The notes below the pieces were generated by a model, which worked only from the letters and a program-made list of their open reading frames with translations, did not search any database and was not told the DNA's origin. From NCBI RefSeq assembly GCF_046119375.1, contig NW_027362761.1, positions 354,516,001 through 354,580,000 on the forward strand: 64,000 bases of DNA, written 5' to 3'. The DNA comes from Phyllobates terribilis. Lineage: Eukaryota. Shown one piece after another: positions 41,500 through 54,049 of the stretch; positions within the stretch are counted from its first letter, which is position 1; each line of letters begins with the position of its first letter. Made by a program: the position numbers and the translations under genes.

Positions 41500-42425
41500 C
41501 TGAAGGAGTTAACCCCCCCCCCCAAAAAAAAGTTAAAATCCAAATTCTGTATATTGCACAATGCAGCCAGCATTACGTTGTCATTTCTAAGCATATAATA
41601 CAGAGATAAAAGCGAACTTACACTTGTATCAAGCTACCAAATCGAACAGTAAACTAAAAATGTTTCTCTGCAGGAACTGAGCTCCACCACCACCAAAAAT
41701 TACCTACAGCAGACAAATCCCCCGCAAAAGGATACTGTACCAACGATCAGCTGTCTCTGGGAAGTACTTAAAGGTTTCCCTTCCTGCTGCCTCTGTGGGG
41801 AATGTAGTTTTATGTGGAGCCTACTCAAATGAAATATCTAATACATGGTCATGATAAATCCACAGAAGGTTTAAAGCAAAGGACTCTTCTATCTGCCGCA
41901 TCATTTTTCACTACTAATGAACCAAAAACTAAAGTAAACATTAAGGCTATGGTCACGGAAGCACAGATTCTCTTATTGGAGAATCTGATCAATTATGTTA
42001 ATGACACTTTGATCAAACTGATCAGATTCTCTCGGATGAGAGAATCCTAGCACAGGTTAGGAGAAGATGAAGAACTACATTTCTCCATCCTCTCCATTCT
42101 GTGAGTCCCTGGAAATCGGACTGCACTCGGATGTCCAATGATATCCACGCACCAATAGACAAGAATGGGTGCACGCCACACCATTTGTGCTGCAAATTTT
42201 TATTCTCTTGCTGAATCGGTATTAAAAAAAAAAAATAAAAACCCTGATCAGCACTACCCCATAGTATAACATTGGACCAAAGGCTATCCAATAAAACATC
42301 AGATAGCACTTATCCAATGTATACACTTGTGTGAGCAAGTACTTAAAGTAAGCTGGAAACCGCTTGAGTGTTGTGCAGACTAAAAAAAATCCCTGCCAAT
42401 ATTGAAATGGAGAATTAGGACTTAC

Positions 42426-42517
42426 CAGAATTGCGGGAAATGTTTTGTGAAATATGAAAGCACCTCATCAATCTGTGCTGCAAGCTCCCGAGTTGGAGTA
42501 ATAATAATTGCCCCAAC
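42426..42517 (-). CDS. DDX55: DDX55 exon 4 (VGAIIITPTRELAAQI...; motif Ia)
   Basis: cttag|...|gtaagt, 92 nt. Confidence 0.97.
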
Positions 42518-43322
42518 CTAAGTGATAATAAAAGAGTATACAAACACATCAACCCCTTATACTGTACAGTAATAAAAAAAAAGGCTTTGGCTTTATAAAA
42601 AAAATAATATTCTTGCTAAATTCATAAAATGACAGTAAATAAAACAGTGTTTTGATTGGAAATGCCCATTTTACCAGTGTAAGTGAATGCAAGTGGTCGG
42701 TATTCTCCCGGGAAACTGGAGTGAAAAGCTATTGTGAGTCTCAAAGGAATTTTAAAGATGATGTTTTCACCAGTTTGAGCATGTTATACTGGCTACATCA
42801 TGGAACAGTCGCTACAAAGCTGAGTAAAATATAGTTTTAAATTTCTCCTTTCGATTGTGGAGATATTAGCTTGTAAAGGTTATTATTTGTGTTATAGGGC
42901 AACTGGATGTTACCAGAGATTTGTTTCTGGGGGCGTGTACTTCTTCCCCTGCATGAGGTTGACCAATCATAAGCGAGCAGCATCATGCAGGAGAAAAGAA
43001 CACGCCCGCTTTCATTAATCTCGGCAGCAGCTGTGTAGAGATACAGCAGAGCCAAGTTATGTAAAATTACAAACATTTTCAGATCTCATATCACAGCAGT
43101 CAGTGTGTGTGTGTGTGTGTGAGGGGTGAGAGCTGACAGCACCATGAGATAAGATCTATAAGTGCTTGTAAGGATACATAACTCAGCTCTGCTGTGTGTG
43201 TACACAGTAGATGCAGAGATGATTGAGGAGAGGAGGGCAAGTTCTTTTCTCCCACGTCTGCTTATGATTGGGGAGACGTACACACCCCACAGACAAATCT
43301 CTGGTAACATTCAGTTTAACAG

Positions 43323-43518
43323 AAAGGCCACACCCCCCCTATCAGTATTTGGTCAGTATTCAGTCAGTATTTTTTCTCAGGAGTGGGAGCCAAAACCAGG
43401 AGTGGGTGATAAATGCAGAATTGGTGAATTGTCTCTATTATACCTTTTCTCTGATTAATCCCCATCTGGTTTTGGCTCCCACTCCTGAGAAAAAATACTG
43501 ACCAAATACTGATAGGCC
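43323..43518. mobile_element. Harbinger-type MITE (inverted related copy at about 56880-57074)
   Basis: ggcc...atcagtatttggtcagtatt ... aatactgaccaaatactgataggcc|tta. Confidence 0.7.
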
Positions 43519-44658
43519 TTACATAAATGAACAGAACATAAATTATAACATAAACTTTACAACCTAATATCTCTGCAATGGAGGGGAGAAATTAAAAATA
43601 CATTTTACTCAGCTCTGCAGCCACAATTCCATGATGTGGCCAAATTACCGGAACATGCTCAAACAAATGAAATGTCCAATTTAAACAGCATGTGCTAATA
43701 ACCCTAGAGGCGTTGATATTAAACCACAACTGGGTTACAGTAGTAATTACTGCATCATCCTAAGGCTTTGATTAGAAGAAAAAAAAAAGCACAAAGAAGC
43801 ATCTCACCACACTAACAATACTGAGACATACATTAATACATATAAATACACATATACACAATTATATACAACAGATATTTTGTGTAAAAAAAAAAAGTAG
43901 AACGCTATGAGTATATACACACACATGCCATGAAACTGCAAGATCCGTTATCTGCTAGTAACCAAGTTTGGAAATATTAAAGTCTACATCACTATAGCTA
44001 AATCTGAAGCCTCCACCATTAATCCAGCAATTTGTTATATGCCGATTATAATATCCAAACCTCTTTGCCACTGCAAGCCCTCACCGCCATAATACAGCAA
44101 AACTGACAACCACATGCCCTATTAAGATGCTTTCACATTGCGTTCAGGCACCCGTTCAGTGGCTCAGTCGGGGCTTACATCTGATTCCTCCGCAAAAAGG
44201 GATTCGGACATATATGTCGGTGGGGCCATAGACTATAATGGTGCCGACAGACAGAACGAGCGCTCTGACGTGCATAATTTTCGAGCATATACACCTACTG
44301 GAGACACCCAGACTCAGTCTACTACTTCGTTTTGCCAGAGGTTCGAAAGTGAGCCCTGATCGGGTGCCTGAATGCAGTGTGAAAACACTCTAAGAGAATA
44401 TGGATGCCATGAAGGGGTATTTCCACTCCAGACTCACTCTATGAGCCAGAGAAGCTAACAAGCAGCGGCTTTTAGTTTGCGGGACTTGGACCATGCAATT
44501 ATTATATGAATGGCCAAACATCTGAATAGATGCAATGTAATACTACATGGTTGCTACAGAGGAGAATGGCTGATCATGGCCATTGCTGGCTAAATAATTT
44601 TTTCTTTGCATGGCATTCCAGGAACCTCACCTTAGTGTCTCAAATAAATAAATAAATG

Positions 44659-44706
<48 letters not shown>

Positions 44707-45101
44707 ATATATGAAAAAAGTTATTATTTATTATATCGAAAACAATTAGGGGGGAGATTAAACAACTTCCAGGTTGGATTCCTGAGTATGAACATCTATA
44801 CACACAGAATGGAAAGAGATGGTGAGCTATCAGCATATGTGGGATTCTTGTATTTGTGTGAATGGCTACTAGGTCGGTATCTCCACACAGCCAACGTTTC
44901 CATACTGCATCAAGCCCGGACTGTACTTCGTTCACAATGAGTCCATCATTTGCCATAATCCATAGATACATCACATAGCTGACTTTTAGCCAAGTCTTCG
45001 GGAACTGGCAGTGTTTCCAGCTATTAGCTATAGTCAGTTTAGATGTCAGGAAATTATTTTATTTACCACAAACTAAATGGGAGAACTGAAAATGATGTTA
45101 C

Positions 45102-45188
45102 CTGATGTTTCTTCAGTTTCCCTTCTCTACTCAAGAGTATTTCTAACAATGGGATCACAAAGGCCAAGGTCTTCCCACTTCCAGTTAT
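45102..45188 (-). CDS. DDX55: DDX55 exon 3 (ITGSGKTLAFVIPLLEILL...; motif I)
   Basis: cacag|...|gtaaca, 87 nt. Confidence 0.97.
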
Positions 45189-45430
45189 CTGTGACCAAGA
45201 TAAAAATTGTATCAAACTTAGTTCTAATCAAAGAGAAGTGACCATGCCTCAGCTGTAAGGCACCATTCACACTTCAATTTATGAACACATTTGGCATATG
45301 TGGTGAGAAAACCTCAGATAAATATGCAAGATGTAATTAATAGGGTGTCATATGACCAATGCATGCCAAAAGAGTTTCTTTTTGTTATGGACTAGACCAG
45401 TAAGTGTTGGCTTTCTTTTCTTACTTTATA

Positions 45431-46863
45431 CAGTGCCGGCAAAAAAAATCTTTACAAGTTCAATGAAACCACAAAATCTTAAATATTCAAGTGGATTCAA
45501 GTGTTTTATTGTGGATATTTTATTACAATTAGTATTTTGTCATGTCACCCTTACATTTTATCACCATCTGCAGTCGTTTAGGCATGGACTCAGCAAGGCT
45601 GGCTAAGTATGTGGAGTCCATGTTTACCCACAGTGTCTTCAGCACCTCCTTTAGATTGTTGATGTTGCTGGGTCGTGTCTCTTGAACCTTGTTTTTCATT
45701 AAATTCCAGGCATTTTCTATGGGGTTAAGGTCAGGGGAATTACCTGGCCACTCTAAAATGTTAATGTTATGGTCACTGAGAAACTTTCTCACGGCCTTGG
45801 CTTTGTGGACAGGGGCTCCATCATGCATAAAGTAATCACACTGATGTATGACCCAAAAAGTAAGCATGTGTTCTTCCAAAACAGTAATATAATTGCTTGC
45901 TTTCATAGTTATAATCTTGGGAAGGAAGTACAAACCTGCCCTGCCCATGCTTCCACTGATTGCACCCCACACGATCACACTGTCAGGGTGTTTAACAGTC
46001 TTAACTGTATATTTTGGGTCATAACGTGACACTGTACTCGGACGACGCACAACCTTTGAGCCTCCCCTGACCAGCCTGAAAGTGCTCTCATCACTAAACA
46101 TCACTTTCTTCCACTCTTCAGATGTCAAATCTTGATATTTCTTACAAAAGGCAAGCCATTTCTTACAAAAGGCAAGCCGTTTCTTCTTCATTGCTGCTGT
46201 GAGCAGGGGCTTCTTTGCGGCACGGCAACTTGGTAGACCCAGGTCCTTCTGCAGGCGGTGACGAATTGTCCTAGTTGCGATGTTCTGGAGGAGCATAGGG
46301 TACTTATTTTTTATTTCAACGGCAGTTATAGAAGGATGTGACATCACTTCACGCTCCAGAAGCTTATCAGTCCTTGGTGAAGTCTTCTTAGGTGCGCCAG
46401 AGCCTGACTTCCTCTGCGGTACCATCCCAGGAGGCAATAATGCCGCCAACCGCTTCAGTTGATAAATTGCTTCTCTTGACACTCCCAGATCTCTAGCTAC
46501 AGCAATCACTGAATCCCCCTTCTCGAGCAGAGTCAAGGCACGGGATTTCTCTTCCATTTTAAGCTTCTTTCGACCCATTGTGCGAGATAATATAAAACTC
46601 AGGGAGATAATAAAAGACTGCCTAATAGCAAAACTGGCTGAGCTGCACATAACAACCAATGAGAGTGCAGCTTTCGCTTGACCAGAGAAGTGAAAACTGA
46701 GCATTGATTGGTTGATATTTGCAACAAAGCCAGCTTTAATATTAGACAGTTTTTTATTATCTCCCCCATTGTGTACACTTTTAAAAAGTGAAATTATGAT
46801 GTGGATTTTATATGTAAAGTTTTTTTTTGCTGCGCAAGTGTAAAGATTTTTTTGCCGGCACTG
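45431..46863 (-). mobile_element. Full-length Tc1 (DD34E) transposon with an uninterrupted transposase ORF
   Basis: TA|cagtgccggcaaaaaaaatctttaca ... tgtaaagatttttttgccggcactg|TA. Confidence 0.95.
45529..46578 (-). CDS. Tc1-family transposase, 349 aa (MGRKKLK...MTKY*)
   Basis: No internal stops. Has an N-terminal HTH region, FSDEST, HDGAPVH and SPDLNPIE with D-34-E spacing. Contains an in-frame 21-nt tandem duplication. Confidence 0.85.
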   Translation of the reverse strand: MGRKKLKMEEKSRALTLLEKGDSVIAVARDLGVSREAIYQLKRLAALLPPGMVPQRKSGSGAPKKTSPRTDKLLEREVMSHPSITAVEIKNKYPMLLQNIATRTIRHRLQKDLGLPSCRAAKKPLLTAAMKKKRLAFCKKWLAFCKKYQDLTSEEWKKVMFSDESTFRLVRGGSKVVRRPSTVSRYDPKYTVKTVKHPDSVIVWGAISGSMGRAGLYFLPKIITMKASNYITVLEEHMLTFWVIHQCDYFMHDGAPVHKAKAVRKFLSDHNINILEWPGNSPDLNPIENAWNLMKNKVQETRPSNINNLKEVLKTLWVNMDSTYLASLAESMPKRLQMVIKCKGDMTKY

Positions 46864-47103
46864 TAGTAAAGTGCAATCTGCTGCACTTACCTACACAGTA
46901 AATCATGAATTGTGCTGTATACTTTTTTTTTTTTTTTACAATGTGAGTCAATGGCCAATATGTACTACTGTATGCCTACACAATAGCAAACATCCGAGGC
47001 TTACATCAAATGTATAACTTGGGAATACTCTGAACAAATCCCTTTGACGGACACCAGAAATTGTGAGCTGAGCTCTAGGTTGTAAATAATGTGCGATACT
47101 CAC

Positions 47104-47154
47104 AGCTTCTGCAGCAATGTCTTTATTGCTCATAAATAGAGGAATGGTTGCAGC
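47104..47154 (-). CDS. DDX55: DDX55 exon 2 (AATIPLFMSNKDIAAEA)
   Basis: tgcag|...|gtgagt, 51 nt. Confidence 0.96.
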
Positions 47155-47328
47155 CTGCAGGAAAGAGAAAGACATTAGTGTCGGTCACATCAGTGCCAAA
47201 AATTATTTTTGTTTTTCATTTTATCTTTGTTTCAAAGTGCAAAACGATGCTGGTATTGTATATAAGGGCAGTATTTTGTTGGAGGGGGCTACGCGGGGCA
47301 CTTTGGTAGCTTTTGCCTGATACTGATG

Positions 47329-48255
47329 ATGGCAGTGTTTATGGAGGGGCAGAGGGACTCTGATGGCAGCGTTTGCAGAGGGGACTCTGATGGCAGCGTT
47401 TGCAGAGGGGACTCTGATGGCAGCGTTTGCAGAGGGGACTCTGATGGCAGCGTTTGCAGAGGGGACTCTGATGGCAGCGTTTATGGGGGGCAGAGGGCAC
47501 TCTGATGGCAGTGTTTATGGGGGGCAGAGGGCACTCTGATGGCAGTGTTTATGGGGGGCAGAGGTACTCTGATGGCAGTGTTTATGGGGGGCAGAGGGAC
47601 TCTGATGGCAGTGTTTATGGGGGGCAGAGGGACTCTGATGGCAGTGTTTGCAGAGGGGACTATGATGGCAGTGTTTATGGGGGGCAGAGGGCACTCTGAT
47701 GGCAGTGTTTATGGGGGGCAGAGGGACTCTGATGGCAGTGTTTATGGGGGGCAGAGGGCACTCTGATGGCAGTGTTTATGGGGGGCAGAGGGCACTCTGA
47801 TGGCAGTGTTTATGGGGGGCAGAGGGCACTCTGATGGCAGTGTTTATGCGGGGCAGAGGGCACTCTGATGGCAGTGTTTATGGGGGGCAGAGGGCACTCT
47901 GATGGCAGTGTTTATGCGGGGCAGAGGGCACTCTGATGGCAGTGTTTATGCGGGGCAGAGGGCACTCTGATGGCAGTGTTTATGGGGAGCAGAGGGACTC
48001 TGATGGCAGTGTTTATGGGGGGCAGAGGGACTCTGATGGCAGTGTTTATGGGGGGCAGAGGGGACTCTGATGGCAGTGTTTATGGGGGGCAGAGGGACTC
48101 TGATGGCAGTGTTTATGGGGGGCAGAGGGGACACTGATGGCAGTGTTTATGGGGGGCAGAGGGGACACTGATGGCAGTGTTTATGGGGGGTAGAGGGGAC
48201 TCTGATGGCAGTGTTTATGGGGGGCAGAGGGGACTCTGATAGTGTTTATGGGGGG
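47329..48255. repeat. G-rich minisatellite (33-35-nt unit, roughly 27 copies) in DDX55 intron 1
   Basis: Unit GATGGCAGTGTTTATGGGGGGCAGAGGG(C/G)ACTCT, with clustered shorter and longer variants. Confidence 0.97.
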
Positions 48256-48393
48256 GTGGGAGGACATGATCATCCCTGCACTTTCTATACACTGCTCTAT
48301 AATGGGGGAGAAGCGAGGACACAGTGATAGTCTCTGCACTCCCAGATAATGGAGGCGAGGAGCCGCCACCTGCTCACAGACCACAGAGAATAC

Positions 48394-48501
48394 CTGCACC
48401 GGAGTCATGTGAGTGAAGCGCAGCTCTCTCAGCGTCTGGCGGATCAGCTCATTCAGCTTCTCGGGTAAAGAATCCCAAGTCCCTTCTGTGACATTCTCCA
48501 T
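48394..48501 (-). CDS. DDX55: DDX55 exon 1 (MENVTEGTWDSL...FTHMTPVQ; Q motif)
   Basis: aagATGG start and gtattc donor, 108 nt; matches human MEHVTEGSWESL...FPYMTPVQ. ATP-dependent RNA helicase DDX55. Confidence 0.96.
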
Positions 48502-48570
48502 CTTCCTGCAACTACAGCGCACACGTGGGTGCAGTGCACCCGGCTAAAGCGTCCCCCGGACAACTTGTGT
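48502..48570 (-). promoter_or_regulatory. DDX55 5' leader / proximal promoter with a CACGTG E-box
   Basis: CpG-containing stretch immediately upstream of the ATG; CACGTG at 48522-48527. Confidence 0.45.
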
Positions 48571-49090
48571 ATGAGAACAAGGTACCGGATACAGGCTGAA
48601 AACAGGAGAGGAAAACTGCTGGCTACAGGTCAGGCATCAGCGGAAGAAAGAGAAAACATAGAAAGTCCTGAGATGTTCCATCATATTCAATATATTCTGT
48701 ACACAGTGGAACATCTCAGAATACATATATATGTGTACATTTACATATAATACATATTACTACTATTTGTATTATAGATACATGATAATAATAATGAAAT
48801 GTATTATATATAGATCAGTGCCGTAACTATAAACTTCGGGGCCCCGGGGCAAAACTTCATAGTGGGGCCCTCAACATTTCAATCGAGGTTGTGCGGAACG
48901 TGGTGAAGCCTGCTACACATTATTGTATACAACACACAGGCTTCACCACGTCCGCAAGACCTTTAATAGATTTTGTTGTTTATGATGCAAGTTTTAGAAG
49001 TTAAATATTCAGTGAATATGTTTGGAAAATTAATAAGGTGAATAATTCCAAATAGTGCACAATTTTCAAATAACTGTATATGTTTATTAA

Positions 49091-52000
49091 CCCCTTTACC
49101 CCCGAGGGTGGTTTGCACGTTAATGACCAGGCCAATTTTTACAATTCTGACCACTGTCACTTTAAGAGGTAATTACTCTGAAACGCTTCAACGGATCCCG
49201 CTGATTCTGAGACTGTTTTTTCGTGACATATTGTACTTCATGATAGTGGTAAAATTTCTTCGATATCTCTTGCGTTTATTTGTGAAAAAAAACGGAAGTT
49301 TGGCGAAAATTTTGCAATTTTCAAAATTTGAATTTTTATGCCCTTAAATCAGAGAGATATGTCACACAAAAGAGTTAATAAATAACATTTCCCACATGTC
49401 TACTTTACATCAGCACAATTTTGGAACCAAAATTTTTTTTTGTTAGGAAGCTATAAGGGTTAAAAGTTGACCAGCGATTTCTCATTTTTCCAACAAAATT
49501 TACAAAACCATTTTTTTAGGGACCACATCACATTTGAAGTCACTTTGAGAGGTCTTTATGACAGAAAATACCCAAAAGTGACACCATTCTAAAAACTGCA
49601 CCCCTCAAGGTGCTCAAAACCACATTCAAGAACTTTATTAACCCTTCAGGTGCTTCACAGGAATTTTTGGAATGTGGAAGAAAAAAATGAACATTTAACT
49701 TTTTTCACAAAAATGTTACTTTAGACCCAATTTTTTTTATTTTCGCAGGGGTAACAAGAAAAAATGGACCCAAAATTTGTTGTGCAATTTCCCCTGGGCA
49801 CGCAGATACCCCATATGTGGGGGAAAAACATTGTTTGGGCGCACGGCAGGGCTCGGAAGGGAAGGAGCTACATTTGACTTTTTGATTGTAAAATTTGCTT
49901 GAATAATTAGCAGACTCCATGCTGCGTTTGGAGAGCCCCTGATGTGCCTAAACAGTGGAAACCCCCCACAAGTGACCCCATTTTGGAAACTAGACCCCCC
50001 AAGGCACCTATCTAGATGCATAGTGAGCACTTGGAACCCCCAGGTGCTTCACAAATTGATTCGAAAAAGTGGAAAAAAAAACACTTTTTCATTTTTACGA
50101 ATCAATTTGTGAAGCACCTGGGGGTTCCAATTGCTCACTATGCATCTAGATAGGTGCCTTGGGTGGTCTAGTTTCCAAAATGGGGTCACTTGTGGGGGAG
50201 CTCCAATGTTTAGGCACACAGGGGCTCTCCAAACGCAACATGGTGTCCGCTAACAATTTGAGCCGATTTTCCATTCAATTTGTTAGCGGACACCATGTCG
50301 CGTTTGGAGAGCCCCTGATGTGCCTAAACAGTGGAGCTCTCCCACAAGTGACCCCATTTTGGAAACTATACCCCTCAAGGATTTTATTAAGGGGTATAGT
50401 GAACATTTTGAACCCAGAGGTACGACACAGAATTTGATAACATTAGGTCATCATATTGAATAAGTTGTCATTACTCTTGAGCGCAAGTGCTCGCTACTTG
50501 AGTTTGCATCGGGTACTCAGGTATGCACCATGTATCACGGGTGCTCAAGTGAAATGCTCGAGTCCCCGCCCGCATGTTTCACAGTTATTAGACACTCCAA
50601 AAAAAACATGCGGGGATCGCTCGTGCATGGCGGGCAATCCCCGTGAGGTTTTTTGGCCGCGAAGCATATGGGGCGGAGACTCGAGCACCCGCGATACTCA
50701 GTGCATACCCGAGCTCCCGATGCAAACTCAAGTAGCGAGCACTTGCGTTCAACACTAGTTGCCATATCGTCATCTTTTTTTTTTTTTTTTTACTTTTGAA
50801 AAAAAAAACAACCCCAACCCTAACATTAGCACAACCCCAACCCCAGCCCTAGCGTTTATTTTTTACGCCATTCCTCGTGCGGTATAAGTGATGAGATTAC
50901 TTTATTCTTCGGGTCGGTGCGATTACAGCGATACCAGAATCATATTGGGTTTTTATGATTGACAGCTGTCACACACTAAAAGACACATATTTTGGAAAAT
51001 CTAGTTTTTGCATCGCCATATTTTGGCCGACAGAGTCATGTGACGGCTTGTTTTTTGCAGGATGAGTTGACGTTTTTATTGGTGCCATTTTCAGGCATGT
51101 GACATTTTTTGATCGCTTTCTATTCCAGCTTTTGGGAGGCAGAATAAACAAAAACCAACAATTCAGGAATTGTGTTTTTTTACATTTTTTTATTCTGCTC
51201 CGGGTGTGGTAAAATTGATAAGGTAGCTTTATTCTTCGGGTCAGTATGTTTACAGCGGTACCACATTTATACCGTTTTTTATGTTTTGGCGCTTTTACGC
51301 AATAAAAGCTATTTTATAGAAAAAAAATTTTTTTTGCATCGCTTTATTCTGAGAGCTGTAACTTTTTGATTTTTCGGATGATGGAGCTGTATGGCGGCTT
51401 GTTTTTTTCGGGACGAGATGTCGTTTTCAGCTATACCATTTTTATTTATATTCGTCTTTTTGATCGCGTGTTATTCCATTTTTTGTTTGGCGGTATGATG
51501 ATAAAGCATTGTTTTTTGCTTTGTTTTTTATTTATTTTTTTACCGTGTTCACTGAAGGGGTTAACTAGTGGAACAGTTTTATAGGCCAGGTCGTTACGGA
51601 TGCGGCAATACCAAATATGTGTACTTTTATTGTTTGTTTGTTTTTTTTTTCTTAATAATATTTATTGATGGGTACATTATATTTTTATTTTTAGTGAATT
51701 ATTTTTTTTTTTTTTTTTATATATATTTTTACAATTTTATTTTTTTATTTTTTTTTTCACTTTCTGGGAGTTTTTTTTAACTTTTTTACTTTGTCCCACT
51801 ATGGGACTTTCACTTTTTTTTATTCTAATCGCCTGCATGGCACAGGAATGCAGCACCATCCCTGTGCCATGCAGGCAGTCAGCGCTGGACAGGGAGAAGA
51901 TAGTTTGGAGATGCACTGCGCATGTCCAAACAATCTTACTGCTGTCTGGTGACCCGGATGTTGTCATGACGACATCGGGTCGTCATGGCAAGACCCGGAA

Positions 52001-52303
52001 GCCGCGGCAGACAGTGCTGGAGGCCGGAAGAGGAGGTGAGTATACCGATCACCTCCCCTTGCCACCGCAATGCTGCGATCGCCTTCGATCGCAGCATTGC
52101 GGGGGTTAATGTGCTGGGAGAGGTGCCGGACCGCTCCCTGCACATAGTACCGGGTGTCAGCTGTGACAATCAGCGGACACCCGGCGGCGATCGCGCCCGC
52201 ACAGCCTGTGTGCGCGCGCGATCACGATAACGTACTAATACGGGTCAGGCTCTTAAAGCCCATGGCACAGACGCGTATTAGTACGTCATGGGCTGTAAAG
52301 GGG
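49091..52303. mobile_element. Non-autonomous piggyBac-like element upstream of DDX55
   Basis: TTAA|CCCCTTTAC ... GTAAAGGGG|TTAA; related to 4729-8693. Confidence 0.85.
50472..50757. mobile_element. hAT-type MITE nested in the piggyBac-like element
   Basis: Inverted arms (cgcaagtgctcgctact / agtagcgagcacttgcg). 8-bp TSD gttgtcat / gttgccat with one mismatch. Confidence 0.8.
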
Positions 52304-53265
52304 TTAAATAGCAGGGCTTCTCACAGTTTGTCACAGAGATATTTGTGTCTACTGAGACTGTCTCCTCTCAATGATGCTGAGCGTTTGTTGCAGTCAGTGT
52401 GCACTGTGCCGGCCTTGCCAACTCTCTGTGATCTCCAGACTAACATATTGTTACAAATCTTGTGCTATGAGACTCTCCAGGCCAGTGCAGGTTTCCATTC
52501 ATTGACAGCTGGCAGAGCTCCTGGAAATTATTGAAATGATAGTCTCTCCTGTCCTCCGGGTGACATTGTCTGACAGGAATATAGGAGCTGGGTATTTTAT
52601 GAGAAATTAAAGTATTAGGCTGCGTGCACACGATGCGTTTTTCATGCGTTTATGCTGCGGAATTTCCGCAGCGGAAACGCATCAAAAACGCATGGTAATC
52701 CGCACCCCATGGTCCCCAATGGCATTCCGCAATGTCAATGCCCATGCTGTGGATTTTTCCGCAGCGTTTCTGCAGCGCAAATAAATCCGCAGCATGTTCA
52801 TTAATTTTGCAGAAGAGCAGCGGAAGCGCCACCATTGACTTGCATTGAGACGCATAGAATCCGTGTCTGTACATTTGTACAAGCGGATTTTATGCGTCTC
52901 TATGTGCTGATGGTACCCAGTTCTGGAGGAGAGGAGACTCTCATCCAGACCTGGGTACCATTGTACCTGTAAAAAAAAGAATAAAATAATAAATAAAGTT
53001 TATATTCACCTGTCCGGCGGCCCCTGCAGCGCTTCTCCTTCCAGGACCTGAGATGACGTCGCGGTCATGTGACCGCAGGCTGTCTAGCGAGATGTCGGCA
53101 ACCCGGAAGAAGCCAGGATGAGCGCGACAGCACACGTTGCGGGGGATCGGGGGTAAGTATAGCTTTATTTTTTTATTTTTACGGTCACACTATATAAATC
53201 CATGCCTTTTGCATGGATTTAAATAGTGTGACCTAGTTGTCAAGCACTTTCCAAGTGATGCTATC

Positions 53266-53328
53266 ATAGTCATGAAAATACAGAAAAATCTTAATGAGAA
53301 GGTGTGTCCAAACTTTTGGTCTGTCCTG
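53266..53328 (+). mobile_element. Terminal TIR fragment of the DD38E family
   Basis: catagtcatgaaaatacagaaaaatc...ccaaacttttggtctgtcctg|TA. Confidence 0.8.
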
Positions 53329-54049
53329 TATATAAATATGTTAGACAGAACTGTGAAACACCATGTGTAAATACACAGTGCTGATCGCTGATAGGTACAT
53401 TACCTGGTGGTCCGGACATGTATGTTTTAGCGCGCCTACCGCGACGCATTTTTCGGAACTACCTTCGTCAGGGGGTGGCGTCCGAAACACTAGCCCTGAG
53501 TATAAAAAGGCAGTGGAGGTCGAGATAGGAATATAATAATTCACTACAATTGGCTGTTTCTGTTTTCTTTCAGCAATCAGCATTGTCCATCTATACATGG
53601 CGATTTATAGTTCAGCATAACATAACAGCATTTCTTCTTTGGGCATATAGATATACATTTTATATAGTGGAACATCTCAGAACATTTACATATATGATTA
53701 TGTGTTCCTGCCCTCGATATCCCTTTACCTGTATACTGTCTCCATTTCAGTTCCTATTCATGTATATTGGGAGTGCTCTGTCCTTAATGCGATCCTTCTG
53801 TATGTTTAGTAACTGTGTATTTCCTATGTGGTCCCTCTTCATGTAAAGTACCTGTCTACTGTCCGTAGTGTTGCCCATCTTCATGTATTGTAAAGAGGAA
53901 CAGCATTACTCAATCAAGTCCCTATTCTTCTGTCATAGGATTGCTGAGGCCTGTGACTTGCTGCAGCAGTCAGGTGACAAGGACAACGAATCCTCTGATA
54001 TTTCTCAGTTTGTTATTTTTACTAAACTTATGCCCCCAGTAAAGCTTTT

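Noticed and set aside
45529-46704. 391-aa length for the transposase, or an in-frame DDX55-transposase splice fusion
   Set aside because: The family-like start is the ATG at 46578. The nearest upstream AG would join DDX55 exon 2 out of frame.
47329-48255. Regular 33-35-nt repeats as a CRISPR-like array; ORFs 47505-47766 and 47946-48134
   Set aside because: The units are contiguous with no unique spacers, in a eukaryotic intron. The ORFs are just the translated repeat.
48502-48522. N-terminal extension MRCSCRK on DDX55
   Set aside because: It depends on a GTG start. Homology with human begins at the ATG at 48501.
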